Position numbers and translations under genes: made by a program
Shown here: positions 60,201 to 63,682 of the stretch, piece after piece
Layout of the letters: every line of letters starts with the position of its first letter
Position numbering within the stretch: position 1 is the stretch's first letter
The notes under the pieces: generated by a model
Databases searched by the model: none
What the model was told of the DNA's origin: nothing
The model's input: the letters and a program-made list of their open reading frames with translations, nothing else
NCBI RefSeq assembly: GCF_001194135.2
Contig: NC_068988.1
Coordinates: forward strand, 91,508,543 to 91,572,224
DNA: 63,682 bases
Reading direction: 5' to 3'
Source of the DNA: Octopus bimaculoides
Taxonomy: Eukaryota

Positions 60201-63159
60201 TTTCATTGGTTTGATTACATGATGAGATCTTTTTACTCATGTATATATATCATCGCAAACACGAATTTGTCCATGGTCACTTTGTAACTTCTGACAAAAT
60301 AACTTCTAAAATACAAAATTTTGTCAAAAACGTTAAGAGTAAACCCTGTTCTATGTAACACATTCTAACAATATCGGAAGTTTGAAAGTGTTTAGTTAAA
60401 AAAAATTAATTAAATAATCTGAACACCAAAGTCGACCTCGGTGAAATTTGAAATCAAAACATAAAGACAGATGAAATACCACTAAGCATTTCACCCAGTG
60501 CGCTAATGTTTCTGCCAACTNNNNNNNNNNCCTTGAGGTTGCAGATATTTTGATGTAACTTTTTTTCTACTGAACCAAATCTTAAACTATTTATGCCAAA
60601 GTGTAGCTGACGGGTTGTCCTCTTTAAAACTATTAACAGTTTGCAATTTAGTTGAGAACTGAATTAGTGGTGAATCTGGGAAGCTGCTGCGATTGATGAA
60701 ATGGTGGACTTAAGAATATATTCAACCGTGGTTGAATGATACATCCACATTTTAATCATTAAATTTATCGCATATGCATTTTGCAATGGGATTGGTAATC
60801 TGGCTGAAATTAAAATGAAATGAAAGTACATATGGCCTTGGCAACTAGATATTAAAAGAAATGGGGGAACCCTAGATTCATTGACTTAGTCACATTTGAA
60901 TAACAACAACAATCACTTAGTTGTTGATTCAAGAAAGAGCAGTAAAGAAATGGAATACTATTTGGGAATGTATTTTAAATAATTGAAAATAAATCCTACA
61001 AACACTACTGATTATTATGAAATATCTCAGAAGTCTTTACAAAATAAGATGGTTATTGCTATAAATTCTTACACACACACACACTCTCTCTCTCTCTCTC
61101 TCTCTCTAAATGCACCAAATATACATGAAATGATGACTGAAAATAGATTAACTACACATGCATACACATATGTATTTACCTTGGACATGAAACTGTTTTT
61201 AGCAGTGAGTAGCATACTTATGAAGTGAGTAGATTGTTATAATTCTCAAAAAATTTCCTGCTTCAACATTTTCCTTTGCTAAATATCCTTTGTTTTATGT
61301 CTCTTTGTTTTATGTCTCTTTGTTTTCACACCATGATGGCCCCGTTATTTACATTTGCCACTTTTAGATAAAACAGACTAATATATCTGCAATCACTAAA
61401 GAAACTCTAGCTAAAACAGAGAAGGCCCTTTTGAAAGTATGGCAAAAAGATTTTCACAGCCGGTAAACTACATTTTATATTAATTTTTTACTATCTTGTA
61501 CATATTAAGTGCAGTTATTAAATTTAACAAAAACATTCTAAAGCTGGTAAGCTTGGTTTTATTTCCATTTTTCTTTCTTCTGTATAGAAAGTGTGATTAT
61601 TAGATTTGTTTCTATTTTAAAATTTAAATGTAAACACAGTAATTTTAGCAACATTCACCCTGTGACTTGCTATCAAATCTTGGTGCAAGAGTTTGTTCTT
61701 GTATTTCATTAACTTTGAAAGAAGAAATAGAATTTTTTTTCAATTTCTGTTCACGATTTAAACTATTTACACATGCCACACTCTCTCCCTCTCTCTCTCT
61801 CTCTCTCATGATCAACTAATCATGTAATGTGTCAGGACAATCTCCTTTATTTTTCTTTGTATGAGGAGAATTGTTGTTGTTGTTGTTGGCACTCCGTCGC
61901 TTACGATGTCGAGGGTTCCAGTTGATCCGATCAACGGAACAGCCTGCTCGTGAAATTAACGTGCAAGTGGCTGAGCACTCCACAGACACGTGTACCCTTA
62001 ACGTAGTTCTCAGGGATATTCAGCGTGACACAGTGTGACAAGGCTGACCCTTTGAATTACAGGCACAACAGAAACAGGAAGTAAGAGTGAGAGAAAGTTG
62101 TGGTGGAAGAGTACAGCAGGGTTCGCCACCATCCCCCTGCCGGAGCCTCGTGGAGCTTTAGGTGTTTTCGCTCAATAAACACTCACAATNNNNNNNNNNN
62201 NNNNNNNNNNNNNNNNNNNNNNNNNNNNNNNNNNNNNNNNNNNNNNNNNNNNNNNNNNNNNNNNNNNNNNNNNNNNNNNNNNNNNNNNNNNNNNNNNNNN
62301 NNNNNNNNNNNNNNNNNNNNNNNNNNNNNNNNNNNNNNNNNNNNNNNNNNNNNNNNNNNNNNNNNNNNNNNNNNNNNNNNNNNNNNNNNNNNNNNNNNNN
62401 NNNNNNNNNNNNNNNNNNNNNNNNNNNNNNNNNNNNNNNNNNNNNNNNNNNNNNNNNNNNNNNNNNNNNNNNNNNNNNNNNNNNNNNNNNNNNNNNNNNN
62501 NNNNNNNNNNNNNNNNNNNNNNNNNNNNNNNNNNNNNNNNNNNNNNNNNNNNNNNNNNNNNNNNNNNNNNNNNNNNNNNNNNNNNNNNNNNNNNNNNNNN
62601 NNTCTCTCTCTCTCTCTCCTCTTCACACTTGCACACACATATTGAGTATAGAGGATGTGTGAAGGTTAGAGAGAAATGAAGCATGCTCTGCTTGAGCTGT
62701 AATGTTAGTATACAAGAGCAACATAGTACATATCAGGTAAGAAAATAACTGTGTGTAAGATGAATCAGATATATTGTGCAAGAGGGATGATTGCATTGGA
62801 ATGGACAGATAATGTGTTTGAATGATGACAGAGGAGTAGAAAAGCACCAAGAGATTCAAGTAGAATAAAATTGTGAAAGAGGAAAACCGAGGAAAAAGTT
62901 GTAATATCACATATGGAAATCAAATGTTGTCTTTGCTGTAAACTGTACAACTGTATTAAATGATTTATGTATGTTATAATAATAATAATTTTGTCTTCTT
63001 CATTTAACTTTACATTGTTTCTGAAGATTATTTTACTTTTCCTTCCCTAATTATTTTAGACATGACCTGCACAAAGATTTTGAGAGTAAAGTATTCAGAG
63101 AATTTGAGAGACTTCACAGAGAAATACTCTCTTCTGAAGAATGCAGACAAACACTTATG
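2802..63159 (+). CDS. SYCP2: Multi-exon gene (21 exons in window, partial at both ends): SYCP2-like synaptonemal complex/meiotic axis protein with C-terminal Cor1 (SYCP3-type) coiled coil
   Basis: 21 AG/GT-bounded exons with matching intron phases give 4530 nt of stop-free frame. The last three exons encode KQLVHSIGTDMKKSIAIKQTNISAITKETLAKTEKALLKVWQKDFHSRHDLHKDFESKVFREFERLHREILSSEECRQTLM, which aligns gap-free to human SYCP3 [73 protein letters not shown] (recalled). More than 1400 aa of disordered sequence before the coil fits SYCP2 rather than the ~240 aa SYCP3. The N-terminal ARM/PH domain would lie upstream of the window. Confidence 0.72.
3359..3626 (+). CDS. SYCP2: Exon 2 (phase 0/1)
   Basis: aatttcag|GAA...CAAG|gtaaat; 268 nt; ESFNSSTMKTMRKC...SERNNQ. 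Confidence 0.85.
4233..4712 (-). mobile_element. Short interspersed repeat family A (RTE-type 3' tail with (GAT)n) with a 115-bp internal tandem duplication
   Basis: (CAT)n-CGTTTAACGTCCGCTTTCCATGC, also seen at 39575, 42146, 52750, 53340 and 53404; 4401-4515 repeated at 4516-4630. Confidence 0.85.
5374..5408. repeat. (CT)n microsatellite
   Basis: Direct reading. Confidence 0.95.
5607..6191 (+). CDS. SYCP2: Exon 3 (phase 1/1)
   Basis: atatttacag|AA...AAAT|gtaagc; 585 nt; core of ORF 5435..6283; K/S/P-rich with a PSPQKKATPPKSPRK cluster. Confidence 0.9.
6278..6420. mobile_element. 143-bp palindromic MITE-like foldback
   Basis: 63-bp arms (6278-6340, 6358-6420) with one mismatch and a 17-nt loop; TTAA at both termini. 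Confidence 0.85.
6579..6683 (+). CDS. SYCP2: Exon 4 (phase 1/1)
   Basis: gtctctag|CC...CACA|gtaaga; 105 nt; SQTTTVKNTSNKTRLRSFDKLNLLPEKYPLRKDNH. Confidence 0.8.
7000..7177 (-). mobile_element. Degenerate tRNA-derived SINE head
   Basis: Reverse complement reads TAGCCTAGTGGTTTGG (A-box-like) ... GGTTTCAATTTC (B-box-like) ... TTCTTGAGCAAAACACT. Confidence 0.6.
7632..7748 (+). CDS. SYCP2: Exon 5 (phase 1/1)
   Basis: gtttttttag-type acceptor|AT...GAAA|gtgtgt; 117 nt; NKKRPENKTTSNSTATELKESNRSILNNPSICTIQETQE; donor is weak. Confidence 0.7.
11336..11432 (+). CDS. SYCP2: Exon 6 (phase 1/2); in-frame alternative acceptors at 11294 and 11303
   Basis: cattttccag|AC...TAA|gtaagt; CAYEENSIVIPESVPLKQQPLVSRKLANSNT. 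Confidence 0.8.
12870..13010 (-). mobile_element. tRNA-derived SINE family E head
   Basis: Reverse complement AAGAAGCTTGCTTCCCAATCACATGGTTCTGGGTTCGGTGCC...TGAGTGGATTTGGTAGACAGAAACTGAAA; related copies at 18950, 37613, 51200 and 54250. Confidence 0.8.
13016..13647 (+). mobile_element. Mariner transposon 3' half, internally deleted and degenerate
   Basis: HPSYLPDIAPSDYHLFCSLQNHLDGK; WKWSLASLPDRWKCIVENEGEYI; ends ...TTATGGGATGACCCAA followed by TA. Confidence 0.85.
13674..14148 (+). mobile_element. Two tandem tRNA-derived SINEs, family B, with (ATT)n tails
   Basis: GCTGGCAGAA...AAATGCTTAGC...GAGTTCAAAT...GCCTTTCATCCTTTCGGGGTC...AAGTACCAG...ACTGGGGT...GCCTATAGTAGAAAGG(ATT)n. Confidence 0.88.
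14156..14231 (+). CDS. SYCP2: Exon 7 (phase 2/0)
   Basis: attacctccag|G...GAG|gtaggt; 76 nt; KQTPAFDSGIASSVDIQKQRKKTVLE. Confidence 0.8.
15973..16042 (+). CDS. SYCP2: Exon 8 (phase 0/1)
   Basis: ttttctttcag|AAA...ATAT|gtaagc; 70 nt; KTVIKIAPSSTKDVSIREDPSFI. Confidence 0.82.
16433..17868 (+). CDS. SYCP2: Exon 9, 1436 nt (phase 1/0)
   Basis: ttgttctctag|AT...AAG|gtaagg; core of the 497-aa ORF 16441..17934; disordered S/K/N/T-rich; contains poly-Asn, YDPYDFD and a 9-aa triple repeat. Confidence 0.93.
18690..19065 (-). mobile_element. SINE family E, near full length (tRNA head, internal microsatellite, 3' segment C)
   Basis: GACACTTGCCCAAGGTGC...CCATGTGGTTAC head; GCTGGGGCACTACCTT tail matches 15450-15500 and 46600-46650. 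Confidence 0.7.
19095..19476 (-). mobile_element. tRNA-derived SINE family D, full length, young
   Basis: Reverse complement GGCGCAATGGCCCAGTGGTTAGG (A box) ... GGTTTCGATTCCC (B box); (CAA)n tail; highly similar to 38895 and 61871 copies. Confidence 0.92.
20032..20099 (+). CDS. SYCP2: Exon 10 (phase 0/2)
   Basis: cataaag|ACA...TAG|gtaagt; 68 nt; TAANNARLTRKRKPVNYKEADT. Confidence 0.82.
20445..20615 (+). mobile_element. Degenerate SINE family B
   Basis: CAGCAGAATC...CTTTCATCTTCTTGGAGTCAATAAAATAAGTAC...CACTGGG. Confidence 0.7.
20620..21260 (-). mobile_element. Old CR1/L2-like LINE RT C-terminal fragment
   Basis: Fragmentary minus-strand similarity by eye (H+..+SK.A.K.LG.+ pattern) with many stops; similar decayed pieces at ~24280-24760, ~48970-49340 and ~62620-62930. 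Confidence 0.4.
22146..22173 (+). CDS. SYCP2: Exon 11, 28-nt micro-exon (phase 2/0)
   Basis: ttcataaag|C...GAG|gtaagt; SSEDQINDDE. Confidence 0.75.
22845..23650 (-). mobile_element. Tc1/mariner-superfamily transposase remnant (maT/DD37D-like context)
   Basis: YREVLDKVVKPWVERVCNGRLYVFQQ..SHK...Q...ANLHDHILPD; N-terminal HTH-like piece near 23500-23620. Confidence 0.65.
24817..25345. repeat. About 530-bp almost pure A/T low-complexity tract (TA/TAT/TATAT mosaic)
   Basis: Direct reading; only a few G bases; a similar tract at 51430-51930 includes a gap. Confidence 0.95.
25481..25663 (+). CDS. SYCP2: Exon 12 (phase 0/0)
   Basis: tatgttctag|TCT...CAA|gtaagt; 183 nt; SVVSSRSEASMPQKILK...SKQLNQ. 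Confidence 0.82.
25694..26190 (+). mobile_element. Two tandem SINE family B copies separated by (ATT)/(AGT)n
   Basis: AAGGCAGCGAGCTGGCAGAA...GAGTTCAAAT...AAGTACCA; (AGT)n at 25925-25974. Confidence 0.88.
26200..28050 (-). mobile_element. R4/Dong/Rex6-type non-LTR retrotransposon (RT plus RLE), 5'-truncated and degenerate
   Basis: KRGIFQGD, LNHLLFMDDLKLF, WDWLKKGILKKET..ILAAQDQAL, C-terminal VP++VG.LG and LLQK..LLG.ARI+RKVLD. Confidence 0.85.
28085..28500 (-). mobile_element. Second R4/Dong-type element, 3' RLE endonuclease fragment
   Basis: DHEIKNRKPDIVLVEKENKLCWIIDIACPAD...KEERKVERY (PD-D/ExK fold), VPIIVGAV; flanked by (TTA)/(TCA)n on both sides. Confidence 0.85.
28968..29190 (+). mobile_element. 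SINE family B
   Basis: GGCAAGCTGGCAGAATC...GAGTTCAAATTCCGCC...GCCTATAGTAGAAAGG(TTA)n. Confidence 0.85.
29860..30080 (+). mobile_element. SINE family B
   Basis: GAGCTAGCAGAATTG...GCCTTTCATCCTTTCAGGGTC...GCCTATAGTAGAAAGGATTATT. Confidence 0.85.
30570..31065 (+). mobile_element. Gypsy/Ty3 LTR retrotransposon integrase remnant
   Basis: FHTGHPGISK, IDFAGP, DSFTKWPE, FARYGVLGTIVFDNGTQFMANEFKNFCKMY; broken by stops and a 35-bp triplication. Confidence 0.8.
31440..31695 (+). mobile_element. RTE LINE 3' end fragment with family-A-like tail
   Basis: RL.W.GY+RNMEND.CIKKC-like frame followed by ACCCATGCAAGCTTGGAAAA...GATGATGAT. Confidence 0.55.
32684..32967. mobile_element. About 285-bp foldback (MITE-like)
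   Basis: Arms 32684-32818 and 32838-32967 are reverse complements with scattered transitions; 19-nt loop; explains paired ORFs 32682(+) and 32781(-). Confidence 0.85.
33797..33831 (+). CDS. SYCP2: Exon 13, 35-nt micro-exon (phase 0/2)
   Basis: tctgtatttgcag|ACA...AG|gtagag; TNKRDNQEQKK; weak donor; frame-neutral only together with exon 14. Confidence 0.5.
35348..35936. mobile_element. Non-autonomous DNA element with nested inverted repeats and an internal TTAGGG hairpin
   Basis: TTTTAAAACGGGGGCCACATTTTTCATTAA (~35361) is the reverse complement of the sequence at ~35893; a second inner IR near 35500-35548 and 35734-35785; telomeric-type hairpin 35594-35639. Confidence 0.7.
36057..36084 (+). 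CDS. SYCP2: Exon 14, 28-nt micro-exon (phase 2/0)
   Basis: ttaatttcag|C...AAG|gtaatt; SNTNTNKIQK. Confidence 0.55.
37613..38015 (+). mobile_element. SINE with family E tRNA head and RTE-type (family A-like) tail
   Basis: GGCATGGCTGATGGTTAAGAAGCTTGCTTCC head; CCAACCCACGTGAGCATAGAAAAGTGGTTGTTAAAATG...GATAATGATG tail. Confidence 0.65.
38669..38718 (+). CDS. SYCP2: Exon 15 (phase 0/2)
   Basis: ttccatttcag|ATA...CA|gtaagt; 50 nt; ISVPSLSGSHFGSSIT. Confidence 0.78.
38895..39208 (+). mobile_element. SINE family D (runs into gap)
   Basis: GGAGGCGCAATGGCCCAGTGGTTAGG...GGTTTCGATTCCC; body matches the 19095 copy. Confidence 0.92.
39575..39680 (+). mobile_element. Family A tail fragment
   Basis: CAGTCAAATCGTCCAACCCATGCTAGCATGGAAAGTGGATGTTAAACGATGATGATG. 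Confidence 0.85.
41608..42145 (+). other. Unassigned ~180-codon open frame, possibly ORF1/5' region of an L1/Tx1-type LINE
   Basis: ORF 41629..42207, GC-richer than its flanks; phase 0 does not fit between host exons 15 and 16 (phase 2); truncated by a family A repeat; Tx1 ORF2 lies ~0.85 kb downstream on the same strand. Confidence 0.35.
42146..42225 (-). mobile_element. Family A tail fragment (next to gap)
   Basis: (CAT)n CGTTTAACATCCGCTTTCCATGCTAGCATGGGTTGGACG. Confidence 0.85.
42990..45735 (+). mobile_element. Tx1/L1-clade LINE ORF2 (RT and C-terminal region), 5'-truncated and degenerate
   Basis: SSGLDGLPYELY, AIPSRSIRNNLYL, LDQSKTFDRADYHYL, SAYADNIT, C..C...ETILHAIIQC zinc-knuckle-like; 3' end AATAAGATAAATC(ATT)n. 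Confidence 0.85.
46420..46655 (+). mobile_element. SINE family E 3' segment (C)
   Basis: GTTTACGTCCCCGTAACTTAGCGGTTCGGCAAAAGAGACCGATAGAATAAGTAC...GCTCCAGCATGGCTGCAGTCAAATGACTGAAACAAG. Confidence 0.75.
46726..46906 (+). CDS. SYCP2: Exon 16 (phase 2/0); donor at 46907 or 46913
   Basis: aattttcag|A AAC AGT GAG ATC AGT TGG...; QNSEISWIAAKKNNHQENQIQKTYSTKKDK...KLKNYK; both candidate donors (gtttta, gttagt) are phase 0. Confidence 0.82.
48729..48960 (+). mobile_element. Young SINE, family B head with alternative 3' tail, 10-bp TSD
   Basis: TSD AGAAACTGAG at 48719-48728 and 48961-48970; CpG-rich; tail GTAGCCCCTTGTGGGCAGTAAAGAAATA instead of (ATT)n. Confidence 0.9.
49596..49719 (+). pseudogene. Intronic duplicate of a 124-bp piece of exon 17 (50150-50273)
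   Basis: 8 mismatches in 124 nt, no indel; CAA changed to TAA. Confidence 0.92.
49764..50381 (+). CDS. SYCP2: Exon 17, 618 nt (phase 0/0)
   Basis: cttaaacag|GAA...TGG|gtaaat; core of ORF 49773..50405; Ser-rich. Confidence 0.88.
50979..51024 (+). CDS. SYCP2: Exon 18 (phase 0/1)
   Basis: ctcatttag|GAC...CAAG|gtaaat; 46 nt; DNFTQDKSTKINNFQ. Confidence 0.78.
52370..52797 (+). mobile_element. RTE LINE 3' end running into the family A tail
   Basis: PRKSWDKVLKDDLRTLNIAEEMTKD followed by GGAAGGACATCCAGCC...CCAACCCATGCCAGCATGGAAAACAGATGTTAAA...(GAT)n. Confidence 0.75.
53226..53583. mobile_element. Tail-to-tail pair of family A repeats forming an inverted repeat
   Basis: 53226-53379 (+) and 53404-53583 (-); about 9 differences over ~150 nt. 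Confidence 0.92.
54250..54395 (-). mobile_element. SINE family E head
   Basis: CTACCAAATTTCCTCATAAGGCTTTGG...GACACTTGCC...CCAAGTGGTTGGGAA. Confidence 0.7.
54633..55911 (+). mobile_element. Full-length Tc1-family transposon (1279 bp) with an inactivated transposase
   Basis: 30-bp TIRs CAGGGGTTG(G/C)ACAAAATAATGGAAACACCT; TA TSD at 54631-32 and 55912-13; HTH MTDLLDFQRGQIVGAR; catalytic SDES, DNAP and SPDLNIIE; internal stops and frameshifts. Confidence 0.95.
55945..56177 (+). CDS. SYCP2: Exon 19 (phase 1/0); start of Cor1-type coil
   Basis: ttgttcttag|CC...GCA|gtaagt; 233 nt; ends KQLVHSIGTDMKKSIA. Confidence 0.88.
57035..58620 (-). mobile_element. RTE-clade LINE 5' part (APE endonuclease and linker), degenerate
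   Basis: GVGILLAEKW, ISAYAPQSG, AGDFNG, LLEFCDANDLMICNTNFKK, DYLLTR, RPRVTWWW, W..HYERLLNVENEW, KAPGPSGI. Confidence 0.9.
59030..59526. mobile_element. About 500-bp foldback with ~150-bp arms containing internal subrepeats
   Basis: 59030-59184 is the reverse complement of 59377-59526; each arm has two CTGGAAAAGTACAG(A/G)ACAAG units. Confidence 0.85.
60425..60520 (-). mobile_element. SINE family B head (next to gap)
   Basis: AAAGTCGACCTCGGTGAAATTTGAA...CTAAGCATTTC...TTCTGCCA. Confidence 0.75.
61368..61462 (+). CDS. SYCP2: Exon 20 (phase 0/2); Cor1-type coil
   Basis: ccacttttag|ATA...CG|gtaaac; 95 nt; IKQTNISAITKETLAKTEKALLKVWQKDFHS. Confidence 0.88.
61871..62189 (-). mobile_element. SINE family D (head lost in gap)
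   Basis: (TTG)n GCACTCCGTCGCTTACG...; matches the 19095 copy. Confidence 0.92.
63060..63159 (+). CDS. SYCP2: Exon 21 (phase 2/0); Cor1-type coil; gene continues beyond window
   Basis: ttattttag|A...ATG|gtatgt; 100 nt; RHDLHKDFESKVFREFERLHREILSSEECRQTLM. Confidence 0.88.
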
Positions 63160-63682
63160 GTATGTAGCTTTTCATTTCATTTCTTCCATGCTGGCAGAGT
63201 TTCAGAGAAATGTGTTTGTTTCATTTGAAATGATATAACAGGCATTATATTGTATTTGCTTATGTGTAGTGGCATAGAATTGGTTAAACATGACCATATA
63301 GTGTGTTTCCCTTATAGTTTTGATTTGTAGTGACTTTGAACACAGCACTGAAGCTAGCAGAACACTTGTTTACCACAGTACTTTTCTTGCATCAATAAAC
63401 TGTATCTATAGAATTTATTTGAGTCTCATATTGATATTTATTTTAATATATTTACATATAGATTATGTGGTTACTGGTATATTTAGATGTTTAACTGTGC
63501 ACACATTTTAATTAGCTCTATCTATCCAGCAGGGTTGTGTCTTGGCTCCCACTCTGTTCAGTGGCTGCATGGACTGGATACTCAACCAAATGGTGGCTCA
63601 ATCAAGTTGTGGTGCCCTCATTGGTGAAACTAGTGTAATGGACCTAGATTTTTAGCTGATGACACAGTTATTCTTGTTGAGT

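Noticed and set aside
55945-63159. Calling the gene SYCP3
   Set aside because: The coil is joined in frame to more than 1400 upstream residues, whereas SYCP3 is about 240 aa. Kept only as an alternative.

Overview
AT-rich eukaryotic genomic DNA with assembly gaps. The SINE, LINE and microsatellite content looks like a coleoid cephalopod, probably Octopus (inference). The window lies inside one large plus-strand gene. By eye I threaded 21 GT-AG exons (2802-63159) with matching intron phases into a stop-free frame of 4530 nt, about 1510 aa; the gene runs off both ends. The protein is a very long S/K/T/N-rich disordered region followed by a helical segment that aligns without gaps to the Cor1 coiled coil of SYCP3, which fits an SYCP2-like meiotic axis protein. 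The introns hold RTE, Tx1/L1 and R4/Dong-type LINE fragments, Tc1/mariner elements, a Gypsy integrase remnant, several tRNA-derived SINE families, four foldback (MITE-like) elements and microsatellites. I found no CRISPR array, rRNA or true tRNA gene and no clearly new multi-gene system. The best leads are the protein's motifs, an exon fragment duplicated into its upstream intron, a 5'-inverted RTE, SINE tail swapping and several hairpin-forming intronic structures. Comparisons with human proteins are from memory and need confirmation by search.
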